Made by a program: the position numbers and the translations under genes. Of a stretch of DNA of 64,000 nucleotides, positions 22,401 through 34,948 are shown piece by piece. A model generated the notes under the pieces. The model saw nothing but the letters and a program-made list of their open reading frames with translations. It did not search any database and was not told the DNA's origin. How positions within the stretch are numbered: position 1 is the stretch's first letter; each line of letters begins with the position of its first letter. The DNA comes from Azolla caroliniana (lineage: Eukaryota > Plantae > Polypodiophyta): positions 14,012,001 to 14,076,000 of the forward strand of contig JBHGNT010000013.1 in NCBI GenBank assembly GCA_043228905.1, in the 5' to 3' direction.

Positions 22401-24539
22401 GCATCCTCGTAGGATACTCATCCGAGCAAAAGGGATACAAGTGCTTCAACCCTTCAACCGGGCGGTTCGGGTAAGTCGGGACGTCGTTTTCGACGAATCA
22501 GTATCATGGTATGAGCCCAATTCAGCTCCATCTGAATCGACTGAGGAAGAGTTGGACGTCAACTCGGATGACGATGTTTGGCCAAGTCCTTTACCAAAGG
22601 ACAGTCCAAGCTCTACCGAGCTAAGTGGACCAGACGAGCCTTCATGCATTCCAAGTACGTCTCGACCAGCGGCCGGATCGGACAAAGGCAAAGGTAAGAT
22701 GCCCGAGTATGAAGTTGACCACCCCAACAAAAGTGATTCGGATGTGTCTGCTCGCTCACTAGACAATGAATTTGGAGTACCCATTATGCGGACACCAAGA
22801 GTCCCCCTAGAGTAAAAAAGGCACTCACATCGACAAACGAAAAACTCTAACGCTCATCTCGACAGAAGAACCCAATCACTCGGTTCGGCTACAATGAGTA
22901 TATGACCCATCATTATGCCTTCACGATGAAGGTCACAGTTGAACAAGAGCCTGAAAGCTTTACGAAAACGCCTTGTAACCCCCGATGGATGGAAGCCATG
23001 CATGAAGAGATGCAAGCACTCGGCCTTCGACCCTTTAACACCATAAGCCTTCATCACAAGCTTGAGGGGGAGGAACCGAAATTACTCCGCAAAGGTAGAA
23101 GAAAACCGAAAGTCGAACGCCGAAAGCAAAACGGGCCATCAGACGCCTTATACTTCAGCTTGAGGGGGCGTGTTTAGATATGAACCTCAACTAAGTTTAA
23201 CCATTTAGTTAACCACGTTACTTAGTAGTTACCTAAATAGAATCTAGTTAGTGTATTGACCTTAAAGCCTTACATAGGACCTTGTACTTAAGTGGGATAT
23301 ATTCTAGATCCTCCACTCCCAAGTACATTTAATATAGGACTTACATCCTTGTACCTATATTCTCCTCACACATGTGCACCCTTGCACATGAGATCTATAT
23401 ATACCTCATTGTGGGTATTTTTGTAACTTGATGCTAATTAATATAGAGAAAGGTCTTTAACTACACTTTTGTTAATCATCCCCCATTTTATCGTATTGTT
23501 CATAAGTGTAACTTCCTCTCTCTCTTTCCCTCTCACATACGCACACACGTCACATAATCTTCCGTTGCTTAATCACATACATGATCAACTACTTGCACAA
23601 TAGACACTAATTAACCCTTAGTTAATTACTAATTATTAGCACCATTAATATTCTTTGTGACACCAACACAACATCCTTGACTGTTACCAAACCTAATATA
23701 GTCATCTAATTCAATTGAAGGTTAAGATTTGTTTACCTTCCCACCTCAACAACCTTGATGTCACCAAAATATTCATTTGTAATGAATTGGCACATCCCTT
23801 TTTCTTGTGGAGGATGCCAATCCACAAAATCCAATACGCTTTTCCAATATGTGAACAAATGATTAATTATCAGAGACCCTACACATTTGACGCCCCTTTC
23901 AGAATAATGACATTCCACTAATTCGCTTCACCTGTCATGTTTCACGCTTAATTCCTTTCTTCTCTATAAAGTATGCCACTATTTTTGTCCACGGTTGTAC
24001 ACCCTCAAACATAAATCGAATGAAAGTAAATCGATGAGCCACCATATACTCATATAAATTCTATTGCAAATAAAATTGAGTATTATTGCAAAACACATGA
24101 ATACACGATATTGAGCAGAAAAAGAGAATTTGTCACCTATGTTGCCTCAACATACCAAATTCAAAACAACATGTCAATTTGGAATGCCTTGCATATGAGG
24201 ATATCAGGCAAGATTTTCAGAAATTTCTATAATGTTGTACTGGCTTTGAGGAAATAAGGACTGAACCATCACTGACAACATTAGACATGCTCTTTGCTTG
24301 TGCATTGAACCAAAGAACCAAACTTTGGCATATCTGATGAAATAAAATTTCGCAACTAGCTTTCTTTCTCTTTCAGCTTTTACATTTACCTTTTGTTCTA
24401 CCATTTTAAAATCGCCCACCTATATTGTTCAGGAGAGTGTTTTGTGATGATGTCACAGTGGTGCACTGTGGAAGTTAATATCATCATCATTAATGCTTCC
24501 ATTAGCTATGTTCCCATTAACAATCATCGCAAAAATGCG

Positions 24540-26420
24540 GCTTAACGGTTTAAACTGTTTCATGGTTTAAAAAATTGTTTTTAAACAATCTTTTCATTTT
24601 TGTGCCTTATTCTCACATTTTAGGAAAATCTCTAAATTTTAAATAATAAAAATTTTGAAATTTTGACCTAAGTTGAAAACCGAAACTGAACCACAAAATT
24701 GTGGTTTTAGCGGTTTAATGGCTTAACAATTTGAAAAAAAAATTATTGGTTCGCTTTGACAGTTTCCTGGTACATTTCGGTTTAGTTCAGGTTTCAAAAA
24801 TTTTAAATAGTTCGGTTTGGACCCTCTCAAACTGAACCGTTGCCAATTATTAGTTCCCATGTTAAGATCATCATCATCTATGTAAAAAATAAGATGTGGA
24901 AGCTCGTAGACAGACACAATTGGTTGAACCGGACAATTCGTATCCAACAGTTAGACATTTAGGTAAACACAAAGATGGAATTAGAATTAGAATTCGAATT
25001 TTTATCGTCCATAAAGAGGCCAATTTTGACATATGGGACCAGAGTATACATGTGTTCTTGATATGTGTCTCCTCCTAAGAAGGGGTATTCATTTACATTG
25101 AAGCACAAAGTCTATATGTATGAATAAAGCATATAAATATGAGCTCAACCTTCTAGGTGGTGTCTTAAGTATGGCACTTAAGTTATCACTCCCTCTTAGT
25201 ATGTCAACATATCTTGAATGAATTGCACTATATGTCGAGCATGTGAAGAGCAAGTGACATGCATCCTCTACCATGCCTTCATTGCATACTTTACATGTCT
25301 TCAAATTTGTTACATTTTGATACCATGATGCAACTTCAATACCTAACTTGTGAGATCGAGTGCGAAGCTGTATAAGGGTAGATGAACAAACGAATTTTTG
25401 GATGTCAGCCTTACAAGAAAAACGGAAGCACATTGATAATGCAAAGAAGTATGTTGGACAACAAGATGCCTCATGGTGGGGCGCGTTCTTTAGTGATCAA
25501 CAAGAAATTCTTGATAATTGTGTCGTTGATAGTTGGACCTTGCAAATGCCCTTTACGTGGTCTATACAACAATCTCGTGATTCTCAATCTCCACCTCCTA
25601 CACCTAATGTGAACCTTGATAGTTTGCTCTATCCACAACAAAGAGACATTTATGTGGGACGAAGGATGACAAAAGCAGTTGAAGCCATGTGGCAAGGAAA
25701 CTTGCAAGAACTGAAGGTTGGGCTGTTAATTGCTACACCTGCTGATGACAATAAACTAGGGCATCAATTTTGGATTGGTAAAGTTTTGGACATGGTGATG
25801 CATGAAAACCAAAATCAAATCCAGTCTATAAAGGTGCATTGGTACAACACTAGATACAAAAATGCAGTTACAAGCAAGTATGCATTAGAGATGATTGAAT
25901 GACCAAGGTTAAGAGGAAATAGAAGAAACATTCGTAACACATCATCCCTGGAAGTAAATGATAGACATAATAAGGAGTAATTGCTAGTTCTACAAGGAGT
26001 CTCAGATCGGAGGCGAACAAGATCTTCAACACATAATTTAGAGTCACGCCATTTGGTTTTAGATGAAGATTGTGTTGATTGGTACATTTTTGGCATCAAG
26101 ATGTTTAAAACACTCTTAAATGTATTATTTTTGGCATCAAGATGTAACAAATTTAAGCTTGTAAGTACTTGAATGAGATAAAGACTAATTCTTTTGAAAT
26201 CTATCGCACCTTATATTGTTATTTGTCACAAAAACCATTAGCTGTCATTTTTCCAAAAAAATACATAATGTAACTTTTCATATTTGCCAAATTTTTGTGA
26301 ATTTTCAATTTTACAAAATGGTGAAAATTTAAGCTTTTTGATCGGATTTTTAGAAAATATGCAATACTAGTATCAATGTGTTTTGTGAAAACGTTATAAA
26401 AACCTCAAAATCAAATGGAA
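24540..26420 (+). mobile_element. Possible decayed DNA transposon
   Basis: Clustered AACCG/CGGTT motifs at 24540-24840 and an ORF remnant at 25360-25902 interrupted by the RTE fragment. Family not recognised. Confidence 0.3.
24978..25379 (-). mobile_element. 3' fragment of RTE-like LINE
   Basis: Reverse-complement match to about 36680-37083 including the (ATTCTA)n tail; possible TSD AGATG. Confidence 0.85.
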
Positions 26421-26653
26421 TATTCCTTATCCTTCCATTTGTGTGGGATCCTTCCACTTATGAATATGAACGTGATAAATAAATGTGTATTTCCAATTCA
26501 ATAATTTATATTATCATTTGTGGTTACCTACTATACTAATGTTGAGAGGGTAGGCGGGGGCGACCTATAAGTGAATGCAATCCTCATTGTTTTTAGTAGT
26601 TTGTTTTCCTAAGAATCTTGTACTTTTTTTTGCGAAATGGTTATATTATTAAT

Positions 26654-26766
26654 TGTTAATAATTAGGTAATTAACTATTGGTTAATTAGTATCTAATTAT
26701 GTAAGTAGTTAATCACGTATGTGATTAAGCAACGGAAGACTACATGATATGTGTGTGGATGTGTGC

Positions 26767-26799
<33 letters not shown>

Positions 26800-27150
26800 G
26801 AAATTATACTTATGAACAATTACACAATGGGGGATGATTAACAAGAGTGTAGCTTAAGAACTATATCTTGTATTAAAAGACATTGAGTTACAAAAATACC
26901 CACAATGTGGTATATATACATCTCATGTGCAAGGGTGCACATGTGAGAAGAGAATATAGGTACATGGGTGTAAGTCCTATATTAAATGAACTTAGTAGTG
27001 AGGGATCTAGAATGTATCCCCACTCAAGTATAAGAACAAAATCCTATTTAAGACTTTATAGTCAACACACTAACTAGATTCTATTTGTGTAACTAATAAG
27101 TTACATGATTGACAAAATGATTAAACCTAGTTGAGCTTGATATCTCAACA
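26654..27150 (-). repeat. Solo LTR of the old copia family
   Basis: Reverse complement of the 23171-23641 LTR, TG...CA ends, TSD TTAAT on both sides. Confidence 0.9.
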
Positions 27151-29525
27151 TTAATAAACTTGTAACTATTAACTACCTATATTGTAATTGTAATTAAGAC
27201 TAGAGAAGATTGTACTTACACGAGCTCGCTTATGTTCTAAAAGAAGCAAGATCTCCAAGTCCGTCTTCCTTCACCACCTTGTCCCGAACTCTCATTGTAG
27301 ACCTTCGATGATTAGGTTCTTATGATTCTATCTTGATCCCTACATTAGGAAACAAGGGCATTGAGTATTTGTAGGCCTAATACTATAAAATTGATAACAT
27401 GTCACAAGAAGCTACACTTACTTCCAATGAGTCTCCATTCGAGGGAGATATGACTCCAGGAGGTCATTTAACCTTTTTTTGGACAAACCACCTCCAAGAT
27501 GAATAACATCAAGGTTCTCATCAAGAAAACATTCAGCTCTAAGAGAACCAACACATGATCATGTAGAAATTGGTGGTGTGTTTGTCGATTGACCATGTTG
27601 TAGGTTTGAGGTTGTGCTACAAGTTTATTGATTACAACTTCTAGGATGCCTCAGGTAAGTCCTAACCATAAAAAACAAGAAAAATCATGATACTATAGTT
27701 ATCTAGGATATAACCAAAGTCAAGAAATACAAACCTTTGATCATTTGCGTCATGTTGACTTGATATGGTGGAACCATTAACTTGAGCCCTATTACATTTC
27801 ACATGTAAATAGGATGGACAAGCAAGATTAAGAATGAGGAGACTTGTTTTAGGCCGAGAATGTTTAGATTAAACAAGAAGAACTGTTTTCAGGTTAGGGT
27901 GTACAACGGTTGGAGCAGACAATTAGAATGTGGTAGCAACCCTAACCACTAAGTAAGTAATGAAGATTGAAAGAACGATAGGAGGGTTGAAGCTCCCGGT
28001 GATGGCGAGTCGAGTGGGCTGCCAAGACCACAATTACCACTAATGACTACGATACCACAAATCGGGGTAGAGTTCTTAGGCCACATCGTCCTCCCTTCGA
28101 ACAACCAGTTTACAAGCTTGTTGATCCTCTCCTTGAAGCCTCGAGACACTAAGCGCAAAAGACAAAGAAGAGCACCCGAAACACCAAAACGCAGAAGGAG
28201 AAGAAGATGATGCCCTAAACGCCAAAACGAACTAGAAGAGCAAAATGCGCCCTCTTCCCCTGTTACGGGCATGACCATATAATATCATGTAGTGAGAATG
28301 TACCATAGTATTCTATACACGTGGATAAAGTGTGAGGGTTAAACGAGAGTGTAAAGAAGGGGAGGATTACTTTTAATCCTCGGCATTGCGACAACCCATT
28401 AGGCCAAGTGTGAACTTGCCTAGGGGCCTTAGGTCTGGCTATAAATATGAGGCCTAGCTACCCTCATTTCATGATCTCTTGACTACGTCGAGACGTGTCC
28501 TTGTGGTGGGTCAACTCTTGTAGCGAGTGCGCCACCGACGCCATGACGGTGGTATGGGACGCGGATCGAGGCTCGAGTCCGTCTTGATCCCTTCGCTCGG
28601 GGGTGGTCGGGTGGATCGGCACCCTCTTTTGTGTCGCTCCTTTCTTATAATCTATCTTTGTTATCCTTATCATATGCTTACTTTAGATCTAAGGTATCAT
28701 ATGTTACGAGCATGACCATATAATATCCCGAGTGTGCTTAGACAACTTTATAATCAACTAATGTCATCTCACATCGAAGTGAGTGTAAACTAAGTTGTAT
28801 GGAAGCAATGGTTTCGATGGTTGACCATGGGATAGGCTCTAATTTGTATCAACGTGGGCGGTTTTCCATATTAGAGCCTATAAAATGCCATAGCCTTTTA
28901 TATTTAAACTTCAACGAAGGTCCATTTGCGCATGAGAAAACGTGAGCAAGGTTTTAGCTTTAACTTTAGAGGAGTTTTAGGAAGAGCTTTTTTGCAAATC
29001 AACTACTCTAACTTCAACAAGTCATCGAGTTTAATGTTCACAAAGCAATAACTCATTGATTTATAGAATGAGGAGTTGTCGTTATGTTGACATTTTGATG
29101 ACTCACAACAATGAAATGGAATCATCCCCATCTTGGTGGAATTTCAATGACTCATCAAAATGACATGGAGTTGTCTCTAATTTGTGTGATCTTCGATGGA
29201 TCATCAACAAGTAATTAAGTGTAGTCACCACTACTCATCAATGACTCTCCTTTCATGATGTTGTAACCATCATCAACGGTTGTGTAAGATCTTTGGAAGA
29301 AGAAAGGAGGTTATGGGGTGAGCATGAAAAGAAGCACACAGTGCAAATGAAGGGGGGACTTGTGTAGGATGGGAATATTAGGACTTCTAGGTAAGGTCCA
29401 ATTTAACTTCTGTCTAAAACACTAGCTCGTTTTTGAAAATTAACTTAAAATTTCCACATTTGAACTAAATTTACAAATTTGGCTTATGATATAAATCTAA
29501 TTTGGGGATATCATTAGATTTCATG

Positions 29526-29826
29526 AAAACTCCTACATTGGGATAGATTGAGCATAATATTTCAAGAAAGTCTGCCATGGGATTTTCTCCTCAAGCTGAT
29601 AATAATTTACAGACAGAAGCAAGAGGGCATTTAAATGAGTTTGCCTCCTTTGCACTTCTGATCATAAAAAATACGTATACTGATCATAAAAAATATGTAT
29701 AGTCAAGCGAATTATTCGATGGAATTAGGCATCTTTCATCAAAAGAGAAAACATCGTCCTCATTGCCCAAAGAAGACTGGGCACACACATTAGCTAACAC
29801 AACATATGCTGCAGTGCACTCTTGAG
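29526..29826 (-). repeat. Diverged tandem duplicate of the PPR gene 3' end
   Basis: Collinear with 29847-30147, sharing GCTAACACAACATATGCTGCAGTGCACTCTTGA. Confidence 0.8.
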
Positions 29827-29998
29827 GCAATACCACTCGATTTCAAGAAAATCCTTACATTGGGATAGATTGACCATAATATTTCAAGACAATCTCTGCC
29901 ATGAAGTCATGACCCTGTCTTATAAGGGAGGATTTTCTCCTTGAGCTGACAGTTTACAAACAGTGGCAACAGGCCATTTCAATAAGCTTTCCTCTGCA

Positions 29999-32926
29999 TT
30001 ACTGATCACAAAAATGTGTATACTCAGGAAAATTGTCGGTTTGAAGTTGCCATCTTTCATTATAAGAGGAAACAACCTCTTCATTTCCCAAAGAAGAATA
30101 GGCACATGCATTCGCTAACACAACATATGCTGCAGTGCACTCTTGATCTATCTCCAAAAGGTGCTCAGCAGCTCGTCTTCCTCGTTCCATATCACCATAT
30201 GTCTTTGATGCACTGAGCAATGCCATCCAATCAACAACACCAGGCTGACCAGGCAATTGCTTCAAGAAATCCTCGGCCTCTTCTAGACGCCCTACCCTAG
30301 TCAACAGATCAATCATGCATGCATAGTGACTAGGCTTTAACATTATCTTTTTCACCTGACTCATCCTTTTAATAAATATAAGGGCTTTCTCCACTGACCC
30401 TACGCGGCTACATGCTGAGAGAATACTTACAAAACTGACCTCATTTGGCTCAATACCCTCACCCTCCATTAGTTCAAACATTTCTAGAGCCTTATCAATG
30501 CAGCCATGATGAGCATATGCTGCAACCATAGTGGTCCAAGAGATAATGTCACGAGTTGGCAAGCTATCAAATGTTTTCCATGCATTGTCTATGCTCCCAC
30601 ATTTACTATACATATTCACAAGAGCATTGCCCACAACATCATCAAGCTCGAAGTCACTATTCTCAATAATAGCATGGATCACTTTGCCTACATTGAGGTC
30701 TGCAAGCCCTGAGCAAGCAGATAAAACCCCTAGATAGCTAACCTTGTCAGGTCCGACACCCTCTAGCTGCATCTGCTGAAGCAGGTGGAATGCCTCATTT
30801 CCATGCAAATGTTGAGCATGGGCAGCAATCATGGCATTAAATGAAAACAAATCACGCTCCAACACTTTTTCAAACACTTTCTGTGCATTCACAAGATTCC
30901 CACACTTACCATACATGTTGATAAGAGCATTATCCAGAATGATATCTGACTCAATGTTATTCTGTATCATACTTGCATGAATATTCTCGCCATCTTGGAG
31001 CATGTCTGAAGTAGAGCATGAAGCAACAACAAGGCTCAAGGTAAACTTATCAGGCTTCACTGCACTTGACAGCATCTTGTAGAACAGATTCACCACCTCT
31101 TGGCTGTTCCCAGATTGGGCATATGCAGCTATCATGGATGTCCATGTAACAACATTGTGATGCTGAAATTTGTCAAAAACTCCTTTAGCATCAATCACAT
31201 TGCCACATTTTCCATACATCATAATAAGTGCATTCATCACTTCCATGTCCATCTCAAACCCATTTTCAGCTACTGTCATGTGGATCAACCTACCTTGATC
31301 TATCAAATCCTCACCTACGCATATGGAGAGAATGTTCAAGAAGCTGACTTTGTCTGCCTTTACACTGCTCAATACCATTTGTTGAAACAATTTAAAAGCT
31401 GTACCAATGTTGCTGCTATTTATGTGAAATGATATTAATGCATTCCATGAGATAGTGTTTCTCTCATGCATACTCTCAAATACCATTTGTGCATTTATCA
31501 GCGATCCACATTTTCCATACATTGTAAGCAAGGAGTTTCCCAGGACAACATCATACTGAAGACCACGTTCTACTATTTTTGCATGGATATTCTGGCCTAG
31601 CTGTAAAGATAATGGATGAGTGCATGCGGAAAGAATGCTGATAAATGTGATTGTATCTGGATTTACGCTTTGTTCAATCATTGACTGGAAGACCTCAAAG
31701 GCATTGTCACAAAGTTTATATCCAACATAAGCTACAATCATTGAAGTCCACGAAACTACATCTTGAGAAACCATCCTGTAGAATGTCTTCTCTGCGCTCT
31801 CCAAACTGCCACATTTACTGTACATGTTCAGAAGAGCATTTCCCAGTTCCACATCTAAGTCATATCCAACATTGATTATGCACACATGGATTTCCTGACC
31901 TTTTAAGAGAAATCCATGGTTTGTGCATGCATTCAAGATTGTAATTAACGTTATTTTGTTAAGCTCAACCCTCTTTTCTTGCATGTGGTCAAATAGGCAA
32001 AAAGCCTGACTAGAATATCCATGTTGTGCAAACATCGCAATCATAGTGGTCCAGTTCGATACATCTGGATGTGTTCTCCAAAATATGTTATTTGCATCGT
32101 CCAAGCATCCACAAATTCCATACAAGCTCAAAAGAGCATTTACTATGGCATGTTGAGAATCCAATCCACACTCTATAATGAATACATGTATATACATTCC
32201 TCCCAAAAGGGATGTAATGGATGTGCATGCTGATAGAATATTGATGAAAGTGACCACATTTGGCATCACATCAGACTGAAGCATACCCCGAAACATTCCA
32301 AGGGCATCTTCTCCTCGCCTGTTTTGGGCATATGCTACAACCATGGCTGTCCAAGAAACTACATCCCGAACTTTCATCTCATCAAAAACAGTGTGAGCAT
32401 TTTCAATGGCTCCACACTTTGCATACATATTGATAAGAGCATTCTTCACAATAACATCCAGCTCAAACCCACATTCAATAAGATAAGCATGTGTTTGTGT
32501 ACCCTCAACAAGGGATCCGAGGTTAGCACATACTGTTAGAATAGATGAAAAGGTGACCTTATTGGGTCTGATACCCAGTGATAGCATTTGTTCATAGAGT
32601 GAGAGAGCTTGGACGGATTCATCATGTCTAGCATAAACTGAAATCATGGATGTCCAAGAAACCACATTACTGCGGTAGTCGACAATTGCATAAAATGCAT
32701 GAAGAGCATCCTCAACCAAGTCGAAATCTCCATACATAGTGATGAGATAGTTGGCTATAAAGAGATCTGTCTCCAAGCCTATTTTTATAAGGTGAGCATG
32801 GATTTCTTGGCCTAGTGTTAGAGCTTTGAAGGTTCCACATGCTTTCAGAAATTGAATTAGGGTTTTCAGATCTGAGGGCAAAGTTTGCCAATCGAATACG
32901 AGCTTCCTTAAGTGGTCTCTGGACAA
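29999..32926 (-). CDS. PLS-class pentatricopeptide repeat protein with E domain, no DYW (putative organellar RNA editing factor); true start uncertain
   Basis: Repeating P-L-S triplets (VVSWTAM, PNxVTF, NALINMYGKCG), HYACMIDLL, then WMALLSASKTYGDMERG...AAYVVLAN. The ORF begins at TTG just after a likely splice acceptor. Confidence 0.93.
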   Translation of the reverse strand: MSRDHLRKLVFDWQTLPSDLKTLIQFLKACGTFKALTLGQEIHAHLIKIGLETDLFIANYLITMYGDFDLVEDALHAFYAIVDYRSNVVSWTSMISVYARHDESVQALSLYEQMLSLGIRPNKVTFSSILTVCANLGSLVEGTQTHAYLIECGFELDVIVKNALINMYAKCGAIENAHTVFDEMKVRDVVSWTAMVVAYAQNRRGEDALGMFRGMLQSDVMPNVVTFINILSACTSITSLLGGMYIHVFIIECGLDSQHAIVNALLSLYGICGCLDDANNIFWRTHPDVSNWTTMIAMFAQHGYSSQAFCLFDHMQEKRVELNKITLITILNACTNHGFLLKGQEIHVCIINVGYDLDVELGNALLNMYSKCGSLESAEKTFYRMVSQDVVSWTSMIVAYVGYKLCDNAFEVFQSMIEQSVNPDTITFISILSACTHPLSLQLGQNIHAKIVERGLQYDVVLGNSLLTMYGKCGSLINAQMVFESMHERNTISWNALISFHINSSNIGTAFKLFQQMVLSSVKADKVSFLNILSICVGEDLIDQGRLIHMTVAENGFEMDMEVMNALIMMYGKCGNVIDAKGVFDKFQHHNVVTWTSMIAAYAQSGNSQEVVNLFYKMLSSAVKPDKFTLSLVVASCSTSDMLQDGENIHASMIQNNIESDIILDNALINMYGKCGNLVNAQKVFEKVLERDLFSFNAMIAAHAQHLHGNEAFHLLQQMQLEGVGPDKVSYLGVLSACSGLADLNVGKVIHAIIENSDFELDDVVGNALVNMYSKCGSIDNAWKTFDSLPTRDIISWTTMVAAYAHHGCIDKALEMFELMEGEGIEPNEVSFVSILSACSRVGSVEKALIFIKRMSQVKKIMLKPSHYACMIDLLTRVGRLEEAEDFLKQLPGQPGVVDWMALLSASKTYGDMERGRRAAEHLLEIDQECTAAYVVLANACAYSSLGNEEVVSSYNERWQLQTDNFPEYTHFCDQ

Positions 32927-32990
32927 AGCTTGATGACCACATTCTATCAGAGAAGGTGGGGGACAGATCCTCTGGAAACCTTTTCAACGT

Positions 32991-32992
<2 letters not shown>

Positions 32993-33045
<53 letters not shown>

Positions 33046-33189
33046 CTTTTCTTTTCATGTTATTTACTTTTATATTTACTGCGTAATATTTATTTTATTT
33101 TGATTTGTTCAAAGACGAGACAACAATTAAGATGTAATCTCTTATTTGGTCTTATAGGCCATTTTGGCCTCTTAAAAGACGTTAATATA

Positions 33190-33255
<66 letters not shown>
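32993..33255. repeat. Two (CT)n microsatellites
   Basis: CT runs at about 32993-33041 and 33194-33255. Confidence 0.9.
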
Positions 33256-33257
<2 letters not shown>

Positions 33258-34948
33258 GACATGGGACAAATGTGGAGGCTCACGCTTCACACATTATATT
33301 ACACATGTTGCACCTAACTACAAAACCATATTCTTCGCGGAACAGAGAAACCGTACACATCAATACATGTTAGAGCCCATCCCGTTATCTGCCATTCAAA
33401 CCATTGCTTCCATGTGACTTACCTCACATGCATTACAATGTGAGACGGGGCGTTGGGGCACAAGTGATGAGAGTGGCCGGCTATGCACACTTTGCCCTAA
33501 ACAAGTTCTAGAGTTTGAGTATCACACTTTGATACAATGCTCTACCTTTGATCATATTCGACCATGCTTTCCACATCTCTTCGACCAAGGCCAATCCTTG
33601 CACGAATTTCTCACAGCCACAATGTGCACTCTTGATTGCAACACTCATTGGTAAAGTTCTTGAACATCAAGAGTCGCTACTCACTTTCACGTGTATCACG
33701 TGAAATGTAATATTTTTGGTCTCATAGGTCATATTTGACCACCGAAGACGATAATATAATCTATCTATCTATCTATCTATCTCCCTTATTTACTTTTATA
33801 TTTATGTAGTATTTATTTTATTTTGATTTGTTCTCAAAGACGAGACAACACTTAAAAGACATTAATATATTTTTCTCTCTTTGGGATATCAGAACCAGAA
33901 TTCTTCTTGGGAGGCATTATTTCGATCAATGACATGTATCCAACATCTTTGGGAGCTCCCTAAAGGTACTCAAGGTTGTGACTTATGTCATCAAGACAAC
34001 TAGCTGAACATGGAAACGTTCGTAGTTGGTAAGCTTAAATGCAGAATGGTTCAAGTCACCTGACATAACCATAAATGCACTTCCCACATTCCATATAGCT
34101 TGGACTCTCCTCATCTAAACATGAACAAAGTGGAAAAGAATAGAGTGATCCGAACTGATATTATTAACTTGGAAAACAAGATAACATGGAACAACCCTAA
34201 AATATCACTTGGTGCAAAGATGGCGTTTTACATATCAGGCCATCTTATATGGACATACATCTATCCTATGCTCTGCACAGTGTGATAGGGCAATTGCAAA
34301 CTTCATCACATTAGTTAGAGATTGAGGTAGGGAAATATGCACGAATATCTCGAGAAGAAAGATTTTTCCAATTGTCTCATTAAGGAGTGGAATCCGAAGA
34401 ACATTATGTTTGTCACTGTAGAGTCTTTTTGTAAAATAAGAGAGAGATACCATTGCCTCTTTGAAAAAAGCTTTGGTCCACTACGCAAGGTAATGGAATA
34501 TGAGGACCAACGATGCCTAGGACTTTTCTTGTCAACTTTCTTTAATCCTATCACTCCTACTAATGCTACAACTCAATCAAGGGCTACACAAATGGGCTCC
34601 CTACCAAGACATTATAAAGGGTTTACAATAAATCGGACAATAGCAATTTGTCATACATGTATGCCCAGCCCCAAGGACCACAATCTCATCACCCTTGTCA
34701 TCGACAAATAAAGGCCATTATCTCTTGCCATCGCGGGTGCTTCCCTCGCTTCAAAGACCTCTCCATTTTGGATCGATTCTTTTGAAGACAAAATTACAAT
34801 ATATCTGACTTGAGAATCTTACATGTGCCAAACGAGATTCTTTAATTTCTTTTTATCTTATTAATTTTATGCATTTATTTTATTTTGAATTGTTATTCAG
34901 AAAGACAAAACACTTAAGATGTAATCTCTTATTTGGTCTTATATATAT

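Larger units (their letters stand above)
10991..23641 (+). mobile_element. Old Ty1/copia element, RT/RNase H deleted, with two nested insertions in its 5' LTR
   Basis: TSD CCATT at 10986-10990 and 23642-23646. 5' LTR in pieces at 10991-11038, about 14487-14780 and 20011-20147. PBS TGGTATTAGAGC at 20148. Decayed gag, protease and integrase at 20317-23020. PPT, then 3' LTR at 23171-23641. Confidence 0.9.

Noticed and set aside
28261-28730. Small LTR element suggested by a repeated TGTTACG.GCATGACCATATAATATC
   Set aside because: Only about 26 bp repeat; no clear TSD, PBS or second full LTR.
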